Part shown: piece by piece, positions 13,600 to 26,549 of the stretch
Layout of the letters: every line of letters starts with the position of its first letter
Numbering within the stretch: the first letter of the stretch is position 1
Assembly (NCBI GenBank): GCA_036172245.1
Contig: JAYWIR010000013.1
Coordinates: 1,984,001-2,048,000 of the forward strand
From: Raillietiella orientalis
Taxonomy: Eukaryota
DNA length: 64,000 nt
Reading direction: 5' to 3'
The notes under the pieces: model-generated
Databases searched by the model: none
The model's input: only the letters and a program-made list of their open reading frames with translations
What the model was told of the DNA's origin: nothing
Translations under genes and position numbers: made by a program

Positions 13600-14230
13600 A
13601 ATTTATTCAGAGACATGAGTTTCGAATGCACCTTCATCAAACCCATACAACCAGGTGCAGAAAAATATGGGTACCCATACAAACATAGCATTCTTACACA
13701 GACACCATGGATAAACGGCCAAAATACCTGCACTGAAACTCTGACTGAAAACCATAACCAGCAAGTGCCCTGGTATCAACATTTGTTTGATCATTTCAAC
13801 TTACGATTTCTCGAGTGCGACGGGGCATTCGGTGTTCGATTAGGGTATGAAAATGAAAAGAGGATAGGTGAATGCATTAATTAAAGGGAGCTCATCAAGA
13901 ACCCTGCACGTACTCCGTCAGATAGCAAACAAAGTGTTACTTCGCACTCCATTCAACTGCAGTGTGTCGCAATAGACTCGGCGAACACACAGGCTGACCA
14001 CATTCTGCACGTAACGACAACACCTCAGCCATACCCACACTTGTGACGCGCCTCAAAAAGACACTCCCTGAAATCATGCAAACCCATTTATCGTGCAGTT
14101 CATATCTTACATCGAAGTCCCTTCCACGATTACACAACCCAGATTCAGATAACAGAATGGTGTTAACGAACAACGCACACAAAATCCAGCTTTCACGATG
14201 CAATAGAGTTCTCCAAGCTTCCAAGCACAG
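13600..14230 (-). mobile_element. Decayed Penelope-like RT and thumb relic
   Basis: Across frameshifts: LGELYCIV (motif A-like), MGLHDF (motif B-like), CCRYVQNVV (RYVDD-like, ~14000-14016), LQLNGVRSNTLFAI, GFL(D), PSHSRNRK, DTRALA, LYGYP (13668-13679). Confidence 0.5.
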
Positions 14231-14949
14231 ATCTCCTCACCTAACTCAGTCCACTCTTTTTTTTAGAGTAATCTTTGAAAATACAAATTGGTAGCTCAGA
14301 TTGAAAACAAATTTCTCAGGCGCCACATTTTTTTTTAAGAACAGTATCCAAATTTTTCGATTTTATAGAATTTCTCTGTTGCGAAACCGATCCGAACTCG
14401 TATCTTTGTATATTTCATAAATAACTGATTAAAGCTTAATGAACGACAGAAACCTGAAAATCATTCATAAATCATAGTGGCACACGAAAAATAAACGAAA
14501 TAAACAAAAAGTACCCAAGACAGGGGTGAATGAAGTGCCTGTAATGTTTGTCGTTCTAACATTTTAATAAAATTGGAGCCGATTTTTGCATTTTGCTCAT
14601 GCAAAACCTGCAGGAACTTGTCTTCAAACTTGCTCTCGCACTTAGTTGCAAGAACCATGTGCATGATATTCTTTTTTAGTGAAAGTTCTTATTGTCTGTA
14701 AAATGATTTTTATGAGCTTTCATATAGACTAGTTATACTGCATATTCATAGATGTAGAAATTTTTACTGGGAGTTTATTAGTTCGTCCATTATATACGAT
14801 CAAAAGACAGTCCCTAAAATAGCAAGTACATGAAATTAAGAAAATGACGTTAAGATCTTATATTTCTTATGAATTAATATTAAAGAATTATGTACTCGCT
14901 GCATTTTTTATAACTTGGTCATCTTAACAAATGATCCACTACAGCATCT

Positions 14950-15970
14950 AAGATGGTTAAAACATTGAGAAATCGTAGAAGTACTCTAAAATCTTCTTTT
15001 GAGGTTGTGCGGTATTTTCATTTCCATTCACAAACTGATCACACAGGCAAATTCCTAAAATACAGAAAATCCAAGCACAATAGGATTTTCAAATTTCTAG
15101 ATGACGCTCCTGAAAGGCATGATGAAAAATGTCTGAAATACATGAAATACTTTCAAAGCATACTGTGAACTCAAGCAAACTGAAGAACACGTGTACGCAG
15201 AAAATATGACGTAAAAACCAATGCGTCAGCTTTGAAAGTGGTGAAAGCTTTTGTGAAGAGTCACAAGTATTTCACGTGCTATTTCGAATGAGAATCCGTG
15301 AAATCCAACACGATTTCTGAGTTCACTTAGCAGCTCTCCTTTCATTGTTCCCACTCATCCTAAACAGAGAGGATTGAGTAGCTGCATTAAGCAGAGCTTC
15401 AATCAAGGACCAATTAATGCACATCACAACCTACATATCTTGGAATCCTTGTATCAAGAGATGACTATCCGGCAAAGAGAACAGCCATGTCCTGATGTTT
15501 AGCTCATTGCAATAGTTTTTTGTCATCATCTAGTTACTTTAAGTAAGTTCTCGTTTATTTTTGGAGAGTATGGATGCGTCATTTCATTGTGCATCAAAAC
15601 AGAGGTTATAGAAAGTGCAGTTTAGAACAAGTTCGATCATTCTTTAAAAAAATGGATAATGAAAATTTTTTTCGGATAATGCATTATGGAGAAACTTCTC
15701 CCGTTTTGGTATATGTGGTTTTCGGTCTGAAAATGTCATATCCGGGAGGAACACGTTCTCAACGAGAAATGCGTGTGACTGATCATAGATTTAATCTATG
15801 ATAAGGTGTTTCTGTTTGCGATCACCTGATTCAATTTCAATAGGCGTTATGTTTTCCATGCACAAATTCTGAACTTGTAGATTCCATATCTCATCAGATG
15901 GTCCTCATGAGACGATGTTTAAGGTATGCAATTCGCGATAGTCAAGATTCTCATTTGAATTATGTAAAAT
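14950..15970 (+). mobile_element. Decayed Penelope-like element, RT end to GIY-YIG endonuclease
   Basis: IFKFLDD, PTHPKQRGLSSCIK (SxHPxxxKxSxI-like), LVSRDDYP (LxxRGYP-like), GYRKCS, then LVYVVFGLKMSYPGGTRSQREMRVTDHRFNL (GIY-YIG VYxxx..YxGxTxxxLxxRxxEH) in ORF 15574-15801. Confidence 0.55.
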
Positions 15971-16239
15971 TACGCTTCCTCGAAGAAGTTTTCCAGCTAT
16001 AAACTGCATTCTTTAGCAAGAAATCCCGCAACAAACTGTGAAATTTTCAAATTTACTGACGACTGCGCATTTTCAAGAACTTTTCCCATGACAAGTGCTC
16101 TCTATTTCGAATCAAGATGGTATCAGCTATCTATTCTAAATTACTGGAAGACGAGACTTGCAATGTTCTTTGTTCCGCAATGGAATGTTAGCTAACCCGC
16201 ATCATATTCTCATTAAAACAACGAAAAAAAGTCTTGGAA

Positions 16240-17460
16240 GATTCAGAGTGAAAGCAAACAGAGTCGACGTTTTACGAACACTGTAGAGAAAAATCTGAAA
16301 GTTTGTGTGGGGCAAATAGGCTGTCTCTGTGACTTTGAATAGGAAAAGCTTCTTGATGGACCAGAGCGTTTCTGAAAAGGTGATTCAGATGTCTGTCCCT
16401 TGCTTACGTGTAAGATCCCACTAGCGTGTTTTTTCAAAGCACAAGACGCAGAGGTCAGCGTCAACGGTGTGCTCCCAAATCTCATAATTCCTCACGACTA
16501 TAATAGTAATGGTAATCCAGGGTCAGAAGATGGAAACTGGGAGAAAAAGGAATGCTACGAGGGCATCTGAAGATTTTTCAGGAATTCGAGACCAGGGTAA
16601 GTTGTGCAGATCACCCGATTCTTGTGTGAGCGCGCATGTGTTTTGGTTTTGAAACACGGAAAATGTTGATCTCTTGAAAGCCAAGTTTGAAAAATCCTCG
16701 GAATAAAAATCCACATCGGAGATGTGTATCCTTCCCACCGTGCTTTGTACTGATGGTACATCGGACTGTGTTGCATTGTATTTTTCTTTCAGATGTTTAT
16801 GGCGCTGCCATTTATTTTTTTTTTTTTAGTTTAGCTGCGGAACTCAAGATTCATCTTCCTCCGTCCGCATGTGTTGTCTCACCGAACCGTACAATTCGCA
16901 AGTTGTTTAGGCATCGTCGTTTCGTTTGGTCTGTTCTTTACTCGTTGTCTATCGATTGCTTGCTCAGATGTTGGAATAACAAATCTTGTAGATCTAGGCG
17001 TGAGCTACACTGTGCCTTCTGAGGGAATGAAACGCGTACACATGAATTTTAACATTTAGTTCAAGGTAAGGGTCGTTCTTCCTCTTCTTCTTCTCGTTTA
17101 GGATTCTTTTGTTTTCTGGCTCCTCTTGACGAGAGGGAGGAAACTCCTTGCTATCTCATTTGCATTCCTTCCTCGAAGTTTTCAGTTCAATAACAAGAAT
17201 CACATACATCCACAAACACATCTTCCCTTAATAGGTAATTCAATTGCTTCATTCGTAGAGATGACGCGCAGAACTCTGTATTACATTTTATCGTCTCGTC
17301 CACGTGCTGTACGCTGAACCCTTCAACGGAAATTCCCGTCTTTCTCGGTAGTCCGGCGAGAGGACTCGTATTCCCGCGTTCGTTTATCTCGAGACTTCTC
17401 TGTGGAAGCCATCTGGAAGACGACTGCGTGTTTAGGTCGTTGAGACATCCTCGCAATGAG
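16240..17460 (-). mobile_element. Decayed Penelope-like RT, thumb and linker relic
   Basis: TGISVEG (motif B-like), YLLREDVFV (motif C-like), PYLELNVKI (PFLDxxVxI, ~17045-17072), ELYGSVRQ..TEED (thumb), RWEGYT, VICTTYPGLEFL (LVTTYHPGL-like linker). Confidence 0.5.
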
Positions 17461-17689
17461 AACGTTAGCTACAGGTTCCGCGTCTCCATTGGTCGCAGAT
17501 CGGGGTCTTCCTCGGTTCACGCCTGCTGCTGTCGGATCTTCGGACTCTGTAGTGTTTCTCGCACGCTTTAGCCGTCGGAGAAAATGGGAACGTTCCTCAA
17601 TTGGAGAATAGGGGACATGTTTGCAGGCTACGCAAAAAGGCCACCTCAGGAGAGCATCTTGGATACGAAAACAGCAAGATGAGGATTTG

Positions 17690-19250
17690 TACCCGATCAC
17701 GCCAAGACATTTATTTAAGGAAAAATAAACCACGAATCAAGGGAATAGAGCCCCTTAAATACAAGAAATGCTAGAAAAAAGATTAAAAAAAAAAGTTCAT
17801 TGGGGATGACCACCGACACGCAGACCGGCTTCCATGGAAGCTCGGAACAGAGGGAGGGGACAATAAGTAAATAAAAAAAAGATGGGGGAGTAGGCACAAG
17901 AGTCTTTGGTTTTCTTCGTCTCTTTCTTCCTTGAAGAGGCTGTGGATGCTGGAGATCCCCCTGGTGACTTCTTGCGAGCGAGGCCACCACGTAGCCGTCC
18001 TCACCAAGGCGGCTGCCGTGCTGGTGGCCTTCCTTCGCTGCGAACGAGACTCCATCATGGAGCGGGCTGTAACCACGGCGCGGATGCAACGGACCGTTGC
18101 TATGGCAGCGCCTGCCGTCAGCCCGCCGTGCGAGAAGAAGCGCCGCAGCAAGTGCAAAGCGATGTCCTTCTGATGGCGAAGCCCCAAAACTGTTCTCCGC
18201 TCCGTGTCCTCCAGGGCACGACATTCCAGCAAGAGCTGCGGAAACGATTCCAGAGCCCCGCACCTCAAATAGTTCGGGGAGGCCCCGGAAACGGGTGCCT
18301 GAGCTGGTTGCATCGGCCATCCCCAGTGCAGAAACGGCAGAACGTCCCACTTCCAACAGCGCGGGAACACGGAGGTGTCCACATGCAGGGAAGGGACCGT
18401 GAATCCTTCGAGGGGAAACACCAAGCAGGCCGCTCCACCGAGGGAGTCCCTTCGCCCGGAAACGAGGAGTGGCTCTGTCCACCAGCTTGCTTTTCCTGTA
18501 GCCGTCGAGGAGTTTCTCATCTTCTGCTGTTTTGCAGGACAACTAGCACCCGCTGATTTTCCTCGTTTGTCCTGAGAACAGACAGACAAGGGGCGTAACG
18601 ACCCTCCGAGACCACTGCAGTCCTGCAGGAGATCTTCCAGAGATGCTTGCACAGGACTTTACGCAGCGGACGAAGTTCCCCTGGGCGCAGTTCCGAAGTA
18701 GCTTCCCAAGACTTCAGTGCCTCCTGCCCCTGGGCGTTCCAGTTTTGGGGGCGGCAGGAGATCCAAAGCAGGAATTCCAACAACGGGGACAGTTGCCTCA
18801 GGGGGCAACCGAATCCTGAGCCAACTGTGTCGGCAGCGCGGTGGCAACGAGGGAAGTCCTGCCCCGCGCATCGCCGGAGGATATGGCGTGCAGGAGCACA
18901 AGGTGACCTCTAGCACAAAGAGTCAAGACGGGAAGCGGGCGGAATCGGCGCATCCGGCCGGAAAGTCGTTTGGCAGTGTCCGCAAAGCAGTGGGGGAAGG
19001 GGGGGGGGACGAGGAAGGCTTTACTAGATAGACGAGTCATCTGACCAAGGAAATGGAAAAATCGGAGCTCTCCAGGGCGCATTTCATCTAGGGAAGGAAG
19101 GGTTTAACAAAGCCGATCGGAATTTTCTGTCCAGCACCTATTCCGAGGACTGATACACCGTCGGTGCTTCGTGTGGAAACTTTCCATGCACCACGAGAGG
19201 AAGCGCTGTCTGCCGTGATCAACAGCACTGATGTCTGCAGAGATGGAGAA
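17690..19250 (-). mobile_element. L1/Tx1-clade LINE relic, 3' half of ORF2 plus 3' UTR (copy A)
   Basis: zf-RVT remnant PNYLRCGALESFPQLLLECRAL and C-terminal CIRAVVTARS..LVRTATWWP, homologous to ORF 24994-25719. 3' UTR ends AATAAAtgtcttggcgtgatcgggt. Confidence 0.75.
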
Positions 19251-19269
19251 GTCGAGCGACGTCACCGAG

Positions 19270-21385
19270 ACGTCGGAAAAGAAGAGTGGCCACTCTGTCC
19301 GTCGGCTCGTTTGTCGGCGAAATCACAGGATGGATTTCTGGGCGTGCATTCGTTCCGTTCGCCATCAGCATTGAGCACACCTCCGTCAAATCACCACGAA
19401 TGGAGGCGATCTTGACTCCGAGACAAGCAGGGAAAAAGCACTACCGTACGGCAGTCCCATCTGGTGCGCGTCGGAACGCCCGCACCACCCCGTCCGTCAG
19501 TTTTCTTCCCGCCAAATCCGCGTTGGCCACCTTGCCCAACTTGTGCCCTGGTACTCCTGCCGTGTCGTTAAATGCCGACGATCTTCTGCACCTGCTGTCC
19601 ATGTCCGCCCCGACAGCAGCACTCGAAAATTTTTTCGAGTTGTTGAGCCGCGGGACTAGACTCGGTGAACAGGGCAAAATAGTCGGTGGTGGCGGTTGTT
19701 GCGACGTGGGCTGGACGGCCGGACTGGATCCGCTTGGGGATCCACACGGGCAGGTACTTGAAGTACCTTGGCATTCCATTGGAGGATTTCTGCGCGACAG
19801 AAGCCTGGTCAGGTCGTCTCCAGAAAGTGGAGTTGGTGATCGGCCCGTTCCTGGAGGGCAAGTTTCACTTGCCGGAACGGGCCGCGGTGTGAAACAAGTT
19901 CGCAGCCCCCATCCTCCGCCCCCTGCTTTTTGTTTGTCCCGTCCCCTCCGAGTTAAAAAAACGGACCAAGAACCTCCTGCGTATCGCCCTGTGGGACAAC
20001 AGGAGGCCCCGAGTCCCTCTAAAGGACTTGTGCGCTCCGCGTCGGGATGGAGACCTTGGCCTCCTGACGCTGGGGCGGATGGAGATTCAGCTGCAATGAT
20101 GAACCATGGCCATCGCAGCGAAGTATTGGAGCACCCCTTTATGAGTTGCCGCCCGCCTCCTCGCCCGCTGTGTATCCGGAACGGAAGGGCTCGCGTCTCA
20201 TCCTCTGTGCCGCGACCGGAAGATCAGAAGATATGGCCTCCTCCTCGGGAGCATAGCCACCCTGGCAAAGGAGAACAGCAGGATGGTGTGCAGCCACGCC
20301 AACTCTAGCCCATGGCTAGAAGAAACAGTTGGTACGTGGGCGAAGATCAACGAGAGGAGAAATGAGACGTGGAACTGCCTGCGAGTCTGCACCTACGCCC
20401 GCTGCTCGCTGCGAAACATACTGGAGTGTCTCGCCAAGAGCATGTGGGCGGAGAGGACCTCCCTCGCTACCTCGATGCCCTTCCTAAAGAGGGTACGTTG
20501 CAGCAGCTGGGCGCCGAGGGGGCAGTTCTCTTGCCGAATGTCAGGCAGAGAGGAGAAGATGAGCGGTCGGATCATGGGACAGCTGGCAGACGCCACGACC
20601 CCGAGCGTCCTTCCGCGAGGACAACGGCGATGGGGCGAGCTGTTCGGCATCCCAACCGATGACTTGAAGTGGTGCCCAGTGTTGAAAGATTCAAGCATCC
20701 TCCCCCTGAAGTGGCAGGAGTCGGCGTTTTTGGTGCTGCACTGAAGTCTCTCTTGCAACGCGCGCCGCCACCACTGGACTCTGGGGAGGGTGAATCTGAT
20801 CTGTGCCAGGTGCGGGGAACGGAAGTCCCTCCCCCCGCTGCTGCTAGTGGACTGCGTTGCCCTCCGACCCCTGAGGGAACGTTTTGGAACTTCCCTACGG
20901 ATCCCGGTTAGCAGCCCCTCAGCTACGTTTTGCAGCTTCTCTTCGTGCGGGACGCCCTGCCACCAGCCGCAACTCTGGAAGCATTTTGCTACGTAAGAGG
21001 TATTGTGGCTGCATGGAGCGAAGCCAAGAGACCAAACAGCGGAAGGGACGCCGTCGAACTCGCAGTCCGCTTCCTGCGGATTGCGACCAGATGGCCCCAC
21101 CTGGGAAGCATATGGATGGACCTCGGCGGCATCCTGCAAAGGATGGGCTCTCCCCCCAGAGCACAGTGATCCCTTCCCGGCCCTCCAGAGTGTACTTTTT
21201 TTATTTATTTTTTGTCTTATTTTTCTTTTTGTTTTTTCCCCATTCCCCTCCCCGGCAGAGGAGAGGAGAGTCGGTATACATACCGGTGACCCGGCAGGTC
21301 CAATGTTGTTTTGGCCGTAGTAGGGTCTTGTACCACGAATATATAGAGGAGTTTATTAATAAACACCCCGGGGTGACCGGGTGGC
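19270..21385 (+). mobile_element. L1/Tx1-clade LINE relic, RT to zf-RVT plus 3' UTR (copy B)
   Basis: SLNADDLL (YADD), YLKYLGIPL, WSGRLQKVELVI, CARCGERKSLPPLLLVDCVALRPL, RIATRWPHL, then T-rich UTR, AATAAA 21358-21363 and terminal hairpin 21367-21381. Many frameshifts. Confidence 0.85.
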
Positions 21386-21888
21386 AATGCCGAATCCGCG
21401 TGGAAGCAGCGCGTACGCGTCAGGTGCGTGCGGGAGTCAAAGGTCGCGCGTTTCGTAAGCAAGGGGTCAGAAAGGGTCCGTGCAGCAGTAGTGAGCTGCT
21501 GCCTCCATCCCGGTATCGTCCCAGTGCGTTCCAGGTTCACAGTAACACGACCAAACGCTATGGATCCCTACGGGCACTCGGTGGTGACCTGCAGGTTCTC
21601 TGGAATCACCGAGGGTGCGTATCCACAGTGACATCTCTCACCAGAAGGTCATGGAAGCTTGGTCTGCCCCCTTCGAATCGAACGCTTGAGACTGCTGATC
21701 TGTCTGAGCTTCCTCCCCTTCCTTGCTTTTCCTCTTTCCCTACTGCTTTTTCTTTTTTCAGTTCCCAAGGAGTGCTGAAGAACCGCTAGCCTGGCGGCTC
21801 ACGAAGCCCTTGGACCCCGGTGGATTCGTGTCGCTCCGTTGATCCGCTGTTTGGTTGTGCTTGTGCGTCCCACTGCCTATTCCTGAGG

Positions 21889-22832
21889 ATGAGCAGTGAA
21901 CAAAGCAACGTGGAAGTCGTCGAGCCAGTGGTTCAGGAACTTCCTGCAGCTGGAACGATGCCGACAACCTGTGCGAGCCCCGCGCCACCGGCCAGGAGCT
22001 TCGCGGATGTGGCTGCATCTGCAGCCTCCCCGACCAGGCGGAGTTGGAGGCATATGTAGCCCAGGGCTACAAACCTGCTCTCCGCTATAATGTAAGTGGG
22101 GTAGGTTTAGCTGGGGAGGAGTTCGCGGACGAACTCTTGCGTGTGGGAGTGCGAGAGGAGGACCTGATAGCATTCATGCCTGTTCCTGCATTGGGCTATG
22201 TCAAGGTCCGATGCAAGCAGGCTGAGCTTGTACAGCGGCTCCTCCGCACTCCTTTGTCCATCCGCGGGAAGAAAGTTTTTCCTTCCGCGATGGACGAGTC
22301 TTTTGTCGTTGTTCTCTCCGACGTCGAGCCGGAGATCAACAACAAACAGTTGATGGACGCGTTGGCGAAATTCACCACCGTTCATGCGATGTGGAGGAAG
22401 GGTAGTTCCTACAAGAAGTTCCCTTCCATCCACACAGGATTTGCTGCGGTTAGGATAACCGTTCCCAACCGCCGCATTCTGCCTGCCACGTTACAGGTCA
22501 ACGGCACGGTCGTTCACCTGTGGTTCGCAGGCAAAACTCGTGCGTGCGAGCAATGCGGCAGGGAAGGGCATCGGGGGAAAGGATGCCCTTCCCCGAAGTG
22601 TCGCTATTGCAAGGAGTCCGGGCACGAAATCAGGCAGTGCCCGGAAATTGCAAAAAAAAAGGAGGCTGCTAGACTCCGGCGCGCCAAAGAGAGCGCAGAG
22701 AAAACAGCAGCCTCTAAAAAACGGGTGGACTCGCGAAAGTACGCGAAAAAACAGAGCGGCAACGTGGTCCCAGTCGGCTTCTTCTGCGTCAAAGCCCCGA
22801 AAGGGCAATCGCGCGACAGTGGAGCCAATTAA
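21889..22832 (+). pseudogene. LINE ORF1 (gag-like: RRM-like region plus two CX2CX4HX4C zinc knuckles), frameshifted
   Basis: ATG 21889 MSSEQ..RSFADVAA, frameshift near 22045 into ORF 22044-22832 containing CEQCGREGHRGKGC and CRYCKESGHEIRQC. Low-complexity tail continues in other frames to ~23540. Confidence 0.85.
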
Positions 22833-24479
22833 GAAAGGGCGCGGGGGCTCCGCGCGAGCCGCCACTGCTCCCGCTGCCGAAAACGTAAATTCCGCTCCGG
22901 GAATGGCTTTAGCAAAGCCCGATCAACCGATCCACAGCGGGAAAGTGGGTCAAGGGGTTCCCGATAACGTGCGAACCGTATGCACTAGTCCGTTGTGCAT
23001 TCAGGGGGCTTCTATGGCCATTTCCCCAAAAAAGCCCTTTGACCCCGTCCGGCCACTCGAGGGCGCGTCTTGACTCTTCAAGTTGTAGGGGGTATCCTGG
23101 GAGGGGACCATACGATGAATCCAGGAAGGGGTCCGGAGGGAGGAGTCCGTTCCTCTCATGCCTGGGAGGAAACCCTGAAGGTGACCCTTGCGCTGGTTGT
23201 CTTCGAAGGGAACTCTGGAGGGAAGAACCTCTTCCTTGTTCTCTCCGCAGGAACCCCTCGGTTTGTGGGGGGTCACTATTCGTTTCTTCTCCGGAGGGAT
23301 CCCCCAGAAAGGAACCTCTCCTTCTTTCCTCTTCTTCTGAAGAGGTCCCTGAATGGACGCTTCCAAGTTTCTCGGAAGGGTATCGATCCACCAGTTCCAT
23401 GGCACGAGTGGGGGGGATCCCCACCTGCGGAAGGGGAACGGCTCCATTTGCACAACCGGAGCGGAACAACCCCGAAGCGCTCCTCGATGTTCTGGAAGGA
23501 TCTCTGAGGGTCGACTTCCAATCCCGGCCAGTCAGCTGAAGCATCCGACTTGCAGCAGTGTCTCATCTGATAACTTCAGGCCCGTACTGAGAGGGTGAGA
23601 GGGTAGGAAGGCAGGACGCAAGCGGCGCCACTCAGATGGGGCGTAGCAACGTGAGCGAGGGCGGACCACTGCTTCCTCAGCGTTGGCAGGTGAGCGTCCC
23701 GTGACGACTGGATCGCTCCTACGGTCATCTGCAGCGGAACGCTTCGAGGGATTGCGGCTCTTCCTGTAGAGGAACCTCCACTTCTCCCACCGGATAGGAA
23801 AAGGAAATTGGTCGCTACGCAACCTCTGCTCTGCTCCGTTCTCCTTATTATGCGGCGAGATGACGTCACCACCATCAGGAAGATGGAGCTGCTGATGGAG
23901 GAGCGCCTTTAGACCTTGTATCTCTTCCTCTCGGAACTCGATGATTTCCTCTTGATGTTTTCCTTCTGGAACAGAAAGTGAAAGAAGAGGAACGACTTCA
24001 CGACCGAGACCTTCCGCGCATTGGACGCTCGTCCTCACCTCCTCTTCGCCATTCAACACGAAGGACGGCATCACCACCACGACAGAAGCGTGTAAAGTTG
24101 TAACCCGGAGGACAGCCATCTTTCCCGTCGCCTTGAGATCCATCCCACGGGTTCACCGGCAAAGGATTCCGGATGTTGAACTCATCATCCAGTTATCAGT
24201 ATTTTATTAATTTTGCATGCTCCAAGAAGCGGAGGGACTCTCCCTCCGTAAACACTGTGGAATCTCGGAGAGGGCATATCCACCGCGGGGCAAGTGCGTG
24301 TGATGACTCTCGGAGATGTATGGCGATGTAAGGATGCACGAGGGGGATCGTGGATCTCCGTGGACGCTTCGAAAGGACAAGCTAACAGCAGTACCCACCG
24401 ACCGGCGATTGACCCTCGTGCCATGTCTTTCAAAATGTCGGCACTTTTCAGCGCGATCTGGGTGCTTGGGAGCGATTTT

Positions 24480-24745
24480 TGTGTGTGCTGTTTTCTTGTT
24501 TTTGTTTTTGTTTGCTTGCTTGCTCGCTCGCTTGTTTTTCCATCCCGTTTCTCACCCGGTTGTGCCGGGACGTTTATTAAAAATGGAAATCATCTGGGAA
24601 CATAGTTCCCAGGCAAAGAAAAGAAGTTCAAGGGGAAGGCTCCCCGACACGCAGGTCGGGCATAATGAGAGTCCGGAACGGGAGGGAGGGAACAATTAAT
24701 AAATGCAAAAAGATATGGGAGGGGGGTAGGGGGGGGGACTTTGAC
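24480..24745 (-). mobile_element. Short 5'-truncated LINE 3' end inserted in reverse into copy D (copy C)
   Basis: Minus strand reads hairpin cccgac-ctgcgt-gtcggg, then AATAAAcgt-cccgg-cacaa-ccggg, then an A-rich tail (plus-strand T-rich ~24480-24545). Confidence 0.65.
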
Positions 24746-25944
24746 TTCAGCTGTTCCTTCTTCTCAGAACCGGCGTTGAATGACGGAGATCTTCCTCACT
24801 TTGATGTGAGGAAGCCATGCTCATGTTGCAGTCTGCAGTCCTGATGACCTCTATTGGGGCCGCTCGCAACTGCAACACACGACCCGTCGTGTCGATTGGC
24901 GCGAATGCAACAGATCGTTGCGATGACCGCACCTAACGGGAGGCAGCCGCACGTGAAGAAGGGGCGCATCATGTCCATTGCGGTGTCCCCCGGATGCAGG
25001 AGACGACCTGCCTAGCGACGGTGCTGCCCTTCCTACGGAGGGCCCTCGTCAGCAGCCGGACGCCGAGATGGCAAGTCTCTTGCCGTATCGCAGGCAGAGA
25101 AAAGTTGAGCTATTGGACCATGGGACAGCTGGCGGACGCCACAACCCAGAGCGTCCTTCCGCAAGGACTAAAAAAATGGGGCGAGCTGCTCAACATCACG
25201 ACGGATGACCTGAAGTGGCCCCCAGTGATAACCGGAACAAGGATCCTTCCCCTAAAATGGCAGGAGTCGGCGCTTATGCTGTTGCACTGGGGACTTTCCT
25301 GCAATGCACGCCGCCATCACTGGACACGTGGAAGTGTGAATCCAAACTGTGCCAGGTGTGGGGAGCGGGAATCCCTCCCGCACCTGTTATTTGACTGTGT
25401 TGCCCTCCGACCCCTTTGGGAACGTTTCGGTACCACCTTAGGGATCCTGGAATGTAGCCCTCTCAGAGACGTTTTTCGGCTCCTCTTCGTGCGGGACGCC
25501 CTGCAGCCAGCCGCTGTCGTAGCAGCTCTCAGCTGCATCCGTGGTATTGTGGCGGCTTGGAGTGGATCCGACGAAGCAGAAGATGATAACGGAAGTGATG
25601 TCATGGAATATGCAGCTCGCTTTCTGCGAATAGCAACCCGATGGCCCCATCTGGGAAATCTGCACAAGGACCTCGTCGGCATCCTGCAAAGGATGGAAGC
25701 TCCACGCAACGGACAGTGATCCCTTCCCGGCCCTCCAAAGAACAATGGTTTTTTGCTTTAATTTTTCTTTATTCTTATTTTTGTTCTTTCCCCAACCCCA
25801 TCCGCTGACATGGAGTTTCAAGTCGGTCTGCGCACCGACCACCCGACAGCTCCATAGACTTATTGGCCGCAGCGGGGCCTTGTACCGCAAACACTGACTG
25901 AAATTTTTTCAATAAATGCCCCGGCTTGACCGGGTGAAAACGGA

Positions 25945-26545
25945 TGCATGAGCTCTGAAGACAGCCGTAGAGGGCAATGCAGTCAGAGAGCAGGTGCAGG
26001 AACGATTCCGTTGCTCCTCGCCTTCCACAGTTCGGGGACGCAGAGAGGCTCAAACGCCCGCTGGGTTGACTTACCTTCTCGGCGCTGCAAGTCGTCCCTA
26101 CTGTGAACAACAGACTCCCTTTGCAATCCTGGACGTGGTCCCTTCACGCGGTTACAAGAATGGTCCTTCTCAGCTCCTTCATTCCTCCTCTCTCTCGCCA
26201 TCCTGATCATGCCGATCCATACGCGTGACCTCCGCAACCTTCGCCATTCTGGAATGCCAGGGGGCTGAGGCTGACCACTGTTGACCGATTTGAAGCGCGA
26301 GTGGAAGCCACCAACTCTTCCAGTTCGCAAGCATCCACAGGGTAGGAAAAGTCAGGAGGTGCTCTACCCAGCCATTGACAAGTCTGGGATCAGCTGCATT
26401 TCCTTGGAAACCAAATCCCTGGTTCGGTAGCCCTGTGGCTGGATGCTGTCCATCCTGCAGGGACTGCACGCGGGCTGACTTTTTCGAAAGTGTTCTGGGG
26501 GAACCTCGCGTCGTGGTGGCGGAGTGCACCCACCAATCATCTTGG
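25945..26545 (-). mobile_element. LINE ORF2 C-terminal fragment
   Basis: PPGIPEWRRL (GGLGIP-like) and PNCGRRGATESFLHLLSDCIAL (zf-RVT). Confidence 0.6.
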
Positions 26546-26549
26546 ATTT

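Larger units (their letters stand above)
21400..25940 (+). mobile_element. L1/Tx1-clade LINE, near full-length but RT core deleted (copy D): 5' UTR, ORF1, APE endonuclease remnant, ORF2 C-terminus, 3' UTR
   Basis: ORF1 with two CCHC knuckles. EN remnant ~23600-24190 (LRNLCSAP, SHLPVAL-like, GKGFRMLNSS resembling GxGxWKLNxS). ORF 24994-25719 with CARCGERESLPHLLFDC. AATAAA 25911-25916. The 5' boundary is approximate. Confidence 0.85.

Noticed and set aside
13930..14070. Minus-strand frame with in-frame TGAs near Cys (CGYG*, HCS*), suggestive of a selenoprotein
   Set aside because: No known selenoprotein motif or SECIS seen. Another frame gives Penelope RT motifs.
21340..21400. Possible HDV-like ribozyme at the junction of LINE copies B and D
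   Set aside because: No compatible P1/P3/L3 (UCC-type) arrangement. The sequence is explained by the AATAAA and terminal hairpin.
24825..24876. Hammerhead-ribozyme-like arrangement: GTTGCAGTC..CTGATGA..GCAACTGCAAC with a perfect 8-bp stem III and a GUC site
   Set aside because: The core GAAA reads GCAA, there is no stem II closing pair, stem I is too short, and the sequence appears to lie in LINE ORF2 coding remnant. I found no intact hammerhead near any Penelope relic by eye.
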